64,000 nucleotides of DNA from Octopus bimaculoides. Its lineage: Eukaryota. Location of the stretch: NCBI RefSeq assembly GCF_001194135.2, contig NC_068985.1:49816886-49880885 (forward strand), written 5' to 3'. This document shows, in pieces, positions 1 through 13,356 of this stretch (the stretch's first letter is position 1; each line of letters opens with the position of its first letter). Under the pieces are notes generated by a model. The model saw only the letters and a program-made list of their open reading frames with translations, ran no database searches and was not told the origin of the DNA. The position numbers were made by a program, and so were the translations under genes.

Positions 1-384
1 CACTATTGGCAAATGTCTTTGACTAGTCTAGGGCCAATTAATGAGCAGAACTGCTTTTTACAAAAGTTAGTTCTGAACAATTTATGTCTCTCGCTTTTCG
101 TGATTGTGAAATATTTTTTTAGTAAGATTTGATCTCCAGTTATGCTTGGCCTCTAAACTCAAATGACGGAGCCATCTTTTCTGTTTTCATAATTTCTCAT
201 AGTGTATCATCCCTCCTCCTTACTCATACCTACTAGGCTTATACTGAACTTGTATAATTACATTTGTCTAAAAACTCTTCACTTTTTCAGTCATGTTTTC
301 AATTGCTGCTAGCTTTCAAGTGAAATTTATTATTGCTTAAACTGTTTCCACTCAAGAGCATTATTTCGTTTTCTTGCTTTCTTA

Positions 385-768
385 TTGTTGGCACTCCGTC
401 GCTTACGATATCAAGGGTTCTAGTTGATCCGATCAACAGAACAGCCTGCTCGTGAAATTAACGTGCAAGTGGCTGAGCACTCCACAGACACATGTACCCT
501 TAACATAGTTCTCGGGGATATTCAGCATGACACAGTGTGACAAGGCTGACCCTTTGAATTACAGGCACAACAGAAACAGGAAGTAAGAGTGAGAGAAAGT
601 TGTGGTGAAAGAGTACAGCAGGGTCTGCCACCATCCCCTGCCGGAGCCTCGTGGAGCTTTAGGTGTTTCCGCTCAATAAACACTCACAACGCCCAGTCTG
701 GGAATCGAAACCGCGATCCTATGACCGCGAGTCCGCTGCCCTAACTACTGGGCCATTGCGCCTCCACC
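385..768 (-). mobile_element. tRNA(Arg)-derived SINE, full length
   Basis: Reverse-complement copy of the element at 59801-60180; tRNA-like head with A/B boxes and (AAC)n tail. Confidence 0.88.
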
Positions 769-1078
769 TGCTTCTTAGACTAACTAATGAAGATAAAACA
801 AAAACTTTAGTTACTCATTTTGTTTTTATACTTTTCTATATTTTGGCTTTTGTTAAAACATTTTATGTAAAGACACAGAACATAAGCACTCACACTCAAT
901 CCTGCACATGCACATCCCGCCATGTGTGTATGTGTACAACACACACACACACACACATGCATATGGCCATAGTTTAATGACAGAAACCAGTACAAAAATA
1001 AAAGAATACTCACCATCAACTTTCGATGATGCTGGTCATCATCATTAATATTAGAAAATGAAGTTAATAGACACTCAC

Positions 1079-1202
1079 TCTTATCTCCTGGGTCATGACC
1101 CCAATACTGGGGAGTAGCAGAAGCTTGGTTAGTTTGAGCCACTTGTGGGGTACCATAGGATGGCATACGAGGTAGAACATTCAGCCCTAACATTTGGCTT
1201 AT
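1079..1202 (-). CDS. PAXIP1: PAXIP1 coding exon 7
   Basis: TTTCAG|ATA AGC CAA ... YWGHDPGDK A|GTGAGT; a GHDP-type motif would precede the next BRCT (recalled from invertebrate PTIP). Confidence 0.75.
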
Positions 1203-4200
1203 CTGAAATAAAAACAAGTAACATTCCAAGAATGTATAGACACAAACATAACAGGTTGAGCAGATCCAATTTATGAATCTTCATTGAGATACAGCTAAAT
1301 CACTTAACAGAAAACTACAGCAGTTAGACCAGGTTAAAGTGCTATGATTAAGTTTTGAGTTTGAGACTACAAACCTTTGAATAAAAATGTCCAACATGGG
1401 CATTGCTGTGCTTCATTCAAAGATGGAATGATAAATAAGTTTTACAGCACCAGTCTAGATTGTACAATAAAGAAAATACTTCAATGCCTACTACTTGTAT
1501 AAAATTCTTTATTATATTGAGCAAAGAAGGATCAATATAATAGAGAATGTTTTTTTATAAAATCAAGGTGACTCAGAATTACAAAGATGAAGATAAGCTG
1601 ATGGTAACTGTGAGGGGAGTTATGATAATGATCTGAGACTTTGGATTATTTTTTTCTAATTTCTCAAGCGACATAGCTGTTAAAAATGTTCTGCAATCAT
1701 ACCGCATCAAATTACATGCTGGACAAGATTTTCAAGAATGCAACTCTTATGTGATGGAGAGAAGCCCTATCATCATTTTTACATCCATTTTTCTTCATGC
1801 TAACATGGTTCAGACAGGTCTCATCCCATCTTGTAGTTCTAGTTCCTGTCACAATTTCTCATCACCTGACATATGTAGTAACAGTAAAATCCATGTTTTA
1901 TTTCCTTTTGACATAATTTTTTTTATGGTTCTGTGACTACAATCTACCAAGCCACTAACACCAGAGAGACTTTCTGTGGAAGGACTAAAAGCAACCCCCC
2001 TACCATAATTTTTATTTTAGGAAAGTTAACTTAAAATAAAGTTCCATCACATCTTGAGAGAAAATTTGTTAATTATCTGACATAGAAGACATATCTCTAC
2101 AAAGAACAAAATGGAAATTAGCAAAAAACATGGTGGGACTTACTTTACTCATGCTTGGTCTTGGTGATACAGATGGCTGTGTATCAATGCTATTTGTTAT
2201 GTTTTGTAGCGTCTTCCTACAGGTAGATGGCATAGCAGTGGACGGAATGGGGCTTGTGACAGTACTGCAGGGGACCGATTGAATATTGTTCGCACTTTCA
2301 ACAGAACCAGTGAGTTTCGTTGCTATTGTCTGTCCAGCAACAGGTCGGTTGTTTGGTGTAACTGCTCTATGATGGTTGGCACCTGCTTGCAGGCGACTAT
2401 TTACCATTCTGGCTAGAGCCAACTTTGCAGACGGTGTCCCAGGACGGGACCCATTCAATTTGGTTGCTTGAGCAGTAGAATCCCAGCTAGTGCTCGTGTT
2501 TGCAGTAGGTGTGCTTGCACTGGTGCTAGGTGTTACAGTAGGAACTGCACCGGTAGGACTTTTATTATTACTTGCGGTAGCAATGTTCTTGGGCACTAAA
2601 GATGCCAGCAGTTCTTTCTGATTCTCTTGGCTAAGAATCTGAGCAATGGTTTGGCGCTGGCTGCCTGTTGATTTCGCTGTGGAAGGTTCTGTTCGTGTTA
2701 GAGCATGAGTAAGAGGAACAGATCCAGACTGCTGCAACAATAACTGCTGCTGCTGTTGTTGTTGTTGTTGTTGCTGCTGTAAATGTGATTGTTGTTGCTG
2801 CAAATGCAGTTGTTGTTGTAACTGATGCTGCTGTTGTAGGCGCTGCAACTGCTGTTGTGCTGTTGACTTCTCTTCAAAGAAATGTGCAGGCATCGATGGC
2901 GTGTGTTGCTGCTGCTGTGGCCCAAGATGGGGCATAGGTGAATGCAAAGGAGGTGTAACCACAGTTGGTATAGTATCTGTATGTTCTGGATGATCGGGGA
3001 TAACGGGTGGGGGTGGCGGCGGCGGGGGAGGAGGAGGTGGAGGTTCAGGCTTTGGGTAGACAAGAAGTCGAGGGTGATAGATGACTTCATCTTGTTTGGC
3101 CTGCTTTGACAGTGAATCTGTAATCCAGTCTGGGCTGACAATTTTAATTTTACTGGGATATTTCATGGCTGTGTCATATTTCACCTGAAGTAATAACAAA
3201 AACAGAGAAACAGAATAATTAAAAATTAATAAATGAATAAAAAGAAAAAGATGAAATCACATACAGTAAATGTTAAGTGGAATACCAACATATATATGCA
3301 TACATGACAATAAATGCAGGTCTGGTAGTATAGTTAATAACTTGCTTCCCAACGAAGTGGTTTTGGGTTCAGTCCAACTGTGTGGCACCTTGGGCAAGTG
3401 TCTTCTACTATAGCCTCAAGTCAACCAAACCTTGTGAATGGATTTGGTAGATGGAAACTGAAAGAAGCCTGTTGTATATATCTGCATGTACTCTTGTCTG
3501 TGAAGGCGCATGGCTCAGCGGTTAGAGCATCGAGATTACGATTGTGAGGTTGTGAGTTCAAATCCTGGACCATGCTGCGTGTTGTATTCTTGAGCAAGAC
3601 ACTTTATTTCACATTACTCCAGTTCACTCAGCTGTAGAAATGAGTTGCGACGTCACAGGTGCCAAGCTGTATCGACCTTTGCCTTTCCCTTGGATAATGC
3701 TCGTGGTGTGGAGAGGGGAGGCCGGTATGCATGGGCGACTGCTGGTCTTCTATAAAACAACCTTGCCCAGACTTGTGCCTGGAAGGGTAACTTTCTAGGT
3801 GCAATCCCATGGTCAGTCATGACCAAAGGGGGTTTCTCTCACTCATGTCTAGACATCAGGTGATGGTTGTAAACAAGTATGATCATTATTATTACCCACA
3901 TTTTTCACTAATCTTGAACTTGGTCTTTTGAGTTGAAACTAAATTAACTCCATAACATTCAAACCGGCCATAACCGGCCAAAATATCTGACTTATTTTAT
4001 GTTCAAATTCAACAAACCTGGCTTCTGGCACCTACTCTACAATGTCATTCTGAAAATAAACAATCACGTCATCAAAATCTCAAAGCCACAAAATAGTGCA
4101 CAATTAATTCAAACCATTGTGAATAAAAATGCATTACATTTCAGAGTAATCTGGATACCAAAGGCTTAAATATTGGCGCAACTTCCCATCAAGCATTTCA

Positions 4201-5654
4201 CTGGGCTTGGTAATCCTGGTGGCATTCATTTACTCACCAACTTACACCCTAATCATTGGGGAAAGCCCAGTAGGAGACGCAGTTTAATTGCTGACAACCC
4301 AACCATGAACAGCTAGCCATGGATTATATAATTACCACTAGTAAGCATCCATCAGGCTGAGGTGGAATTGGTCCCTGCTTAACAACAATAGGAGAGATTT
4401 GTTCTGAAGTAAAATATATAATTTGAACAATAAATAAATGAATAGTTTTTACTTACCCCAGCAGTAGCTGGTGTTATCAGATGTGTGCACCGATTATCTA
4501 ATTTACGCTGAATATATCCTCCGTTGTATACAACAGCTGGCCAGATTTCTTTCATGTCTTCTTCACCAACCTACAAAATTATATGAAGAATTTCCATTGG
4601 TCCAATGAACCTCCTTTCTCATAAATCATCATTATAATTATGCTTCTTTGTTTTTTGTTATTTTACTGTTTACATGCTTTCAGGTAACCCTGCAGCAAAT
4701 CATATTACAATGACCTTGAAATTGTTTCGTAAAACCTTAGTGTTTAATAGAAAAAGCATTATTATTATTACTATTATTATTATTATTATTATTGAGCTGG
4801 CAGAAATGCTAGCATGCCAGGCAAAATGCTTAGCAGTATTTCATCCATCTTTACATTCTGGGTTCAAATTTCGTTGAGGTCGACTTAGTCTTTCATCCTT
4901 TTGGGGTCAATAAAATAAGTACTTGCTGGCCTTGTCGCAAAATTTGAAATTATTATTATCATCAGGAGGGTAGCAAGCTGGATGAAATACTTGGCAGTAT
5001 TTTGTCCAGCTTTACATTTTGAGTACAAGTTCTGCCGAGGTCAACTTTACCTTTCATCCTTTTGGAGTCAATAAGTACCAGTCAAAGACTGGGGTCGATA
5101 TAATCGACTAGCCCTCTCCCAGAAAATTTTAGGCCTTATACCTACAGTAGAAAGGTTACGTCTGACTTCTACACATACTAAGATAAACTGAAGACATAAT
5201 CAAAATGTTTAACATAATGAAATACTGTTACTAAGTTCTATAAATTTCTACATCAAAATAGAAATCAACATTTATAAAGAGTAAAATTTATACAGGTTCT
5301 GCTCATAGTGGTGGTAGTGGTAGTTTCTAAGGCAAGAAATTTGTTGGGCAGGTGGTTAGGCACTAAAATCAACTCCAGCACTTGATTGCAATTTTATTTT
5401 ATTAACCCCAGCACCAACTCCTGCCCTCAACATTTCTACATAGCCTAAATTAGAAACAACTATCATCATCATCGTCATCATTATTATTATTAGGACAGTA
5501 AGCTGGTGGATTTGTCACCACGCTTAACAAAATGCTTAATGACATTTTCTTTGTGCTCTTGAGTTCAAATGCCACTATGGTCAACTTTCAGGATCATTAT
5601 AATTAACTTCCCCCTCCCTTCAAAAGTGCTGGCCTTGTGTCCAAATTAGAAAGA

Positions 5655-5687
<33 letters not shown>

Positions 5688-6038
5688 TCTTTGATATAAG
5701 CTAGATAAATATCTACAAAGCAATGACTTAGGACAGGCGTTGTAATGCTATTGTTCAACACAGCTTCTGGTCCCATTGGGTTTTATATCCCCCCCAAAAA
5801 ATCATATTGCTCAGTACTTTTTGGGGGATTTCATATATGAATACAATAAGTTTTTCTCAAGATTTTTCTTAAGGAAACCACTGATTGTTTTATTTTTATA
5901 TTTATGACCCTTTGTGCTCCAATCACAACTGGTATTGCTTCTGTCTTCAGGTGCTACATCCTGCTTATTTCAATTTCAAGGTCTTTATACTCGACAAGTT
6001 TACCTTATCCTCCTTGGCAGGTACATTTTTGTCAGATG

Positions 6039-6120
<82 letters not shown>

Positions 6121-9100
6121 GTTTTAATGTCTTATTAATTAACACACTCACCGGTTTGATTTCCACTCATTTACTTTTTTTTTTTCCCCCTAAAATTTTC
6201 AATGCTTCCTGCAACCTCTTCAATAGTTGTTGACAGCTAAGTGTGTTAATTAATAAGGCATTAAAACAGAATAACTCTCCCCAGACACAACAAAATACGC
6301 TTCAACACATGAATTCACATACAGAATCTTGCAAATCAAATATAAAAACGAAGTGTCTATATCAGCATGGCCGCAGTCAAATGACTGAAACAAATAAACG
6401 AGTAAAAGAGTATATAGTGTGAATTTACAGAAAACAAAAGATGAAGGCAGGTGAGGGAACAACAAGCAGGTGTATTAGTTTGATGCTTGGGAAAAATGGA
6501 AAATCTTTGATGTTTTGAGCTTACACTCTTCATCAGAAAGGAATGAGAAGAAAAAAAATAGAGAGAGGATGAAAAAGACAGAGAGAAAAAAATGTGTAGG
6601 GATTAACAGTTCAACATGATGAAATGACTGGAAGAAAGTGGCTGAAGGCAGGTCTTGTTTTTTGGTTGTCTGTAACAATAATATCTCAGTGTTAGCTTTA
6701 ATTATGTGGTCATTACATACTGTAAAGTCTCAAAGGATTGTAATGCCATTACTTTCAACTACTCGTATACACTGGTGTTCATACAAGCTTTTTGCATGTC
6801 CAGCTCTGAAGTTTTTACACAAAGTTCAGTAAATGTATTGGTCATCTATTATTATTGCTGATAAGGCAGAGAGCTGGCAGAAATGTTTGCACACCAAGCA
6901 AAATGCTTAGCAGCATTTCATCCATCTTTATGTTCTGAGTTCAAATTCTGCCATGGTCAACTTTGCCTTCTATCCTTTTGTGGTCAATTAAATAAGTACC
7001 AGTTTAGCATTGGGGTGGATGTAATCAATTTACCCCTCCTTCAAAATTTGAAATAATTTATTATTATTTTTAACTCTGGAGTCTTGCAACATACAGCCTA
7101 TGGTACTATGCTTTCTGTTCTTTACAACTATCTTATACTTTCCTGATTATTCTGGTGATACCAAGGAGACTAACCTTTTGGAATAGCTCTATTGGGCACT
7201 CTACTTCAATTTCCTATATATTCTTCTTGATGCCTTCTGATATTGTTCTGAGGACCCAACAATAACTGGCACTATCTTCACCGTCTTTATTTTCCATAGC
7301 TGGGTTATTTCATACTTAAGAGGATTGTATATGTCTATTTTTCATCTTCCTTCTTGACTATTCATGTATCACAGGGGCATGCAACATCAATTATATAACA
7401 TATACAGTTCACTTTGTCCAACACCACTAGGTCTGGCCTGTTGCGCTCTGGCACCTGGTCTGTTTAGATTGGGAAATCCCACAGGATTTTGCAGGTCTCC
7501 GACACTGCCACTCTCTGTGGTTTGTGCTCGGAAGTCTTGCCTCTCTCTAGACCCCACTTTTCACATAGTTTCCAATGTAGTACTTTTGCTACTTCATTGT
7601 GTCACCACAACTTGTAATGGTTTTGGGCAAGTCTAGGGCATTTGTTCTTGATATGGGCAATGGTTTCATCCACTCTGTTACAAATGCAGCACAGTGGAGA
7701 CACTTGCTCATTCCCCAGGTTGACCCTCAAATTTGTGATCAAAGTTTGGTTTTGCACTGCCAGTATGGTGCTCTCAGTCTCTTTTTTCATTGCTCCTTTC
7801 TTCAGCCAGTCCCACCCATGTTTTCCAGCAACTTCAGTTGTGGCTACATGGAATTGATTGCATAGTCCCTTGTTGTGTACTGCTACCACCACTACTACCA
7901 TCATCATCATCATCATCATTATTCTTATTATTATCATAACTGTTAGGAGTCACAGGACATTAGTTAGTTCTTGATGAAATTATTTTTTATGACCAAGTTT
8001 CCTACATTAGAAATAAAGGCTCTTAAGTTCAAACTGGGCCAAAGAACCTGTGTATTTGTAGAAATATGGGGTTTAAAGATGGTTTGAGAAGAGATTGATG
8101 AAAACATAAACAACTACACAAAAGATGAAATTATCATTGAGAAAATTCAGTAACAGTTTAAACATTTGTATCTCACCTGTGAAAAGCAGGCAACAATACC
8201 AGAGAAAACAAGGTCTTCAGGAGCAAACCTGTCTTTACTAAGAGGAGCTTAGTTGAGGAATAAAAATATTTCACATCGCTACTGTACCAATAAATGGCTT
8301 TCATTATCCAACAACAAAAGTATCTACAGAAAAATTTCACAAAGTTTCTTTGCTATTGGACTGATTCCCTACCAACAACTCTGGTTTAAAAATAGTGCTT
8401 CTATTGGTTTGGCCATGCATTCCACTGTCCATAGACGAACTTAATCACAATGTAATCATGCCAGAACCCGCCTGGGATGGCATAAATAGCAAGGTGGAGA
8501 TATCTGGTTCTTGCATACATGGTGTCTGCTACTGGAATTGCAACTGTCTGATGATATTTGCATCTGACATCTGTGATCATTAAGTGTGGCTGGCTTCTGT
8601 TTTTGATGCAGTTGATTAGTAAATTCATTTACCCAGACAAAGGAAACACCCATGACATTTTTGCAAGCTTTCAGAAACTGTTCGGAGGTGGTGGGGGTGA
8701 GGAAGAAATCACAACTAGTAAGGTTATCTTCAGAGAGGATAACCTATATTTTAAGGACCAAAATATAATTGAGATTTTCACAAAGAGAGTTCCCATTGCA
8801 GTTGTTCAACTTGACAGAAATAGCAACTAAATCTCTCTCAAATCACACCCTGCCATTTTACAAAAGGAAGGACACATTTAATAATGCAGTCCTAGATATA
8901 TTATGTGTGCATCAAAAACAGAACGTATTTGGTCATACAGCATGTTTAATCAGAGGTGACCTGCACTGACAACATTAGTAAAATGTCTCAGTCAACTCTA
9001 TACAATAAATCTGTTTAATGACAACTGATTTAGATTAACCAAAAACAAACTGAATTAAAATATTTTAAAACTGGTAATTTCATCAAACATCTCATAGCTT

Positions 9101-11353
9101 TTATTTTCTAACCTAAAAAACAATAAAAAATGAAAATGTGTACAATTAAAAGAAGAATCTATTAATTAAAAATAATAAAACATGATAACCTTTATTGTAG
9201 TAATATAAACAAAACAAAATAAAAAAACAGCAAGGAAAAAGTATAAACTTATATTGCAAGCCTATTTTAGTCATTTAATCAACTTACACTTTTAAGTTAA
9301 TTTGTGATTTAATTGAAGGATTTATTTTCACAAATGACTAATAAAATATGAAATTAATAATTTAGTATTTGATATAAAGGATACGCTAATTGTTTTCCTG
9401 CTTTCACAGACAAAAGAACCCAGCTGCTCTGTAAAACAAAATATCAACATCAACAATAGCAAAAATATGAAAAAAAAGCAAAATAGCAAAAATACAATTA
9501 TTGAGTCTGGAGAGAGTCATTCTCTTTCAGTTCCTTATTAATTTAACACACTCACCAGTCTGATTTCCACTAGACCGGTGAGTATGTTAAATTAACAAGG
9601 CACTAAAAGAGAATGACTCTCTCCAGACACAATAAAATATACTTCAATACACAAATTCACATAAAGAATCTTGCAAACCAAATACAAAAACGAAATACAG
9701 TTATTGACTTTAATGAAAAGCCTTGCATTAGGTATAACATCTATACTATAATGGAAAAAGCTGTTTATTAATTAGGTAAGTAACAATTACTAAAAGAAAG
9801 GAATTATTAAAGGATTGAGACTGTCTGGAAATATTTTTATAAATTCATGTTCTAAGAAATTTCCTATAATTTTGATTTCTCAAGTTTATTGAATTTTTTA
9901 AACTCCAATTCTCACAAATTTAAATATTCATTGCATCCAATTCATCACATATTTAAATATTCATTGCATTCACTGTGGAGTATTCCATTTTCATTTGCAA
10001 AGTCTCTCATTTTCTCTTTTTAGTTTTAATTCACTATTAGTGTAAAAACATTATTTATTGAATGAAAATTTTTTTAAATACCCATATAAATTTTGAACAC
10101 GGGATAGCTGTGAGAAGAATCTAGAAAGTTGGGTAATTACTATTAGAAGACAAGGAGGAGAAAAAACAAAAAGTCACCGACATGAACTCGAAACTTGCAC
10201 CTTATTCACAGTTCCCAAACACAACTTCAACAGTTACACACATACACATCAATACGATTTATACGATTTTTTTCATTTCATGTTTATTTCATCCACTGTT
10301 TGCAATGATGTCTCTCTCTCTCTCTCACACACACAAAGCTTACAGATGGGCTGCTGAATTGAAATCTTTATGTTGCTTTCAGGTGACAGTAAAACTTGAC
10401 AAACTGCTTTCCCCCCTGTTGTTGTTGGACAACCGTGATGTTTGTTTAAAAAAAGAGAGATTATGACTGTGATAAAATAATGAAAGTAATATTTACTAAG
10501 CAAGTGAGCACTATCATACAAAGAAATAATTAGACATAAAATATGAAAATTATTAGAAATGGGAATCAAATATGAAAATATTATGAAAATATTATCAAGG
10601 GGCTAGCAGAAAACTGCCCTGAGAGCAGTCTTTCTGCTAGTACATGTAATTAAGATATGGTATTCATAGCAATATACAGATGAATCATGGCTGTGTGATA
10701 AGAAGGAGGTCAGTCCCACTGCATGGCACTTTGGGCAAGTGTCTGCTACTATAACCTAGGGCTAACACTGCCTTGTGAGTGAATTTGGTAGACATAAGCT
10801 GTGAGGAAACCTATTCTTGGTGAAAAAGTCTTTTTGCCCAGCCTGACTTGTCTGAAGAAACAGTTGTATGTTGTGGAAACTCCAAAGTACCAAGCGACTG
10901 GACTGGCCTAATTAACTTTGAGTGTGTGTGCACGTGCACACACTTGCACATATGTGTAAATGTTTTTATTTCTGCTGCTTTGCATGAGACCATCTGAACA
11001 AAAAATGATGTAGTGCTCACATTCTCTGCGAACAATATATTCTGTAGCTCTACACTTTTTGAGTCTAGTGGAATAAAAATTAATCTCTGACAGATTGACG
11101 GCAAGAAGAGCATGCAGCCATGAAATAATACCTCAAATAAATATCTCTCTAACCAATTCCAGCATGGAGAAATGAAGATAAAATCAATAAATGATTAGAT
11201 AAGCTACCTTTGTTGACCAAATTTCAGCTTTTTATGAAGGTTTAACTTTCTTCAGAAAAACCATTCATGATTCGATTTGTTTGCTTAGAGAACCATTTGT
11301 ATAAGAGTAGACCTCACTGTATGTGTGCATGTATGTGTGTATANNNNNNNNNN

Positions 11354-11413
<60 letters not shown>

Positions 11414-11856
11414 CATATCATCATCATCATCACCATCATTTAGTGTCCATTTTCCCTGCTGGCATGGGTTAGACAGTTTGACTGGAGCTGGTAATCCAGA
11501 AAGCTACACCAAGCTCCATAGTCTGTTTTGGCTTGGTTTCTACAGCTAAATGCCCTTCCTAATGCTATTCACTTTACAGAGTGTACTGGATCTCTTCTAC
11601 ATGTCACCAGCACAGGTGCCCTTTCATGTGTCACTGGCATAGGTGCCTTTTGCATGTGTCACCACCTTTCACATGTCACCAGCATAGGTGCCTTTTACAC
11701 GTCATTGGCACAGGTGCTCTTTTATGTGTCACCGGCACAGATTCCTTTTACGTGTCACCAGCATCGGTGCCTATTACATGTCACCTACACTGACTACAAC
11801 CAGATTTCATTTAGCTTGATACACACACACACACGCATATGTGTATGTGTGTGTGC

Positions 11857-11890
<34 letters not shown>

Positions 11891-12728
11891 CATTCGTCTG
11901 TTCATTCATTTTCATTTCACATCTGCTTTTTCCATGCTAGCTGGGTCAAGCAAACACATACTACTGAAGCATTGTTTTGTAGCCAAGATGCCCTTCTATC
12001 GCTAACTCTTTTTTTCCAAGTAAGGGCATTTTTATTCCATTTGTCTTTGAAAATGCAGAGCTGCTACTGGATAATTCGTCAGCAGGGAAACATAAATATC
12101 ACTGTCTGTAACTTAGTACATTTACTTGTGAAGTTTAAAATATAAACAGATACATACACGAAACATTGACAGGCCCAAGGCTATAATAGAAAGCTCTTGC
12201 TCAAGATGCCACACAAAGGGACTAAAACCAAAATCACATGGTTGGCATACTGCCATGCCAATATATATATATATATATATATATATAGGCAAGTGTCTTC
12301 TAGTAGAGTCTCAGGCTAACCAAAGCCTTCTGATTGGTAAACGGAAACTGAAACAAGCCCATCATGTGTGTGTGTGTGTGTATGTGCACACATGTGTGTA
12401 TGCATAACTGCTTGACAACCAGTGTTGGTCTGTTTACACTCCCATAGCCTAGCAGTTCAGAAAAAGAAACTGACAGAATAAGCACCATGCTTCAAAAAAG
12501 AAAGCACTGGGGTTGATTCATTCAACTAAAACTTCAAGGTAATGTCCCAGCATGACTGCAGTCCAATGACTGAAACAAGTAAAAGGTAAAAAAATATATG
12601 TCAACCACATGGTTCCAGGTTCAGTCCCACTGCATGGCACCTTGGGCAAGTGTCTTCTACTATAGCAATGAGCTGACCAAAGCCTTGTGAGTGAATTTGG
12701 TAGAGGGAAACTGAAAGAAGCCTGTCAA

Positions 12729-12778
<50 letters not shown>

Positions 12779-13320
12779 CCAAATATAAATATGTATGTGT
12801 GTGTGTTTCTGTGTATGTTTGTGTGCTTGTGTTTGTCCCCCTCAACATTGCATGACAACCGATGCTGGTGCGTTTATGTCTCTGTAACTTAGCGGTTCAG
12901 CAAAAGAGACTGAAAGAATAAGTACTAGGCTTACAAAGAATAAGTCCTGGGGTCAATTTGCTCGACTAAAGGCAGTGCTCCAGCATGGCCGCAGTCAAAT
13001 GACTGAAACAAGTAAAAGAGAATATAAACGTTGACCAACTAGCCTATTTATATTGTCATATATTACGTTGGTGCAATTTCCAAATATCTTAACATTATAA
13101 TCAGCTTTACCTCAAGATTTTAATTAAAATATAAACAGTAAATAGGCATTAAAATAGTTAACAACAGATCAGCTGAAAGAATTTGAAAGACTGCATCAGA
13201 ATAGATATGTTAGAGACACCAAAACATACAACCCGAAAATGATCTTGTACATCAAATATCTGTACATATTTGGAATGGTGCCAAGTATTGTTATGCAGAA
13301 CTGTTCTAGCCAATAAAAAG

Positions 13321-13356
<36 letters not shown>

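Noticed and set aside
663-977. 104-aa ORF
   Set aside because: Reads through an antisense SINE and a CA microsatellite; no protein features
2698-3141. 147-aa alternative-frame ORF overlapping PAXIP1 exon 6
   Set aside because: By-product of CAG/CAA/CCN repeats in the real frame
5885-6233. YIYIYI ORFs (also 12601-12858, 27912-28250)
   Set aside because: (TA)n microsatellite translations
8401-8653. Protein-like ORFs inside the U12 intron
   Set aside because: No recognisable motif or splice context; probably a decayed repeat
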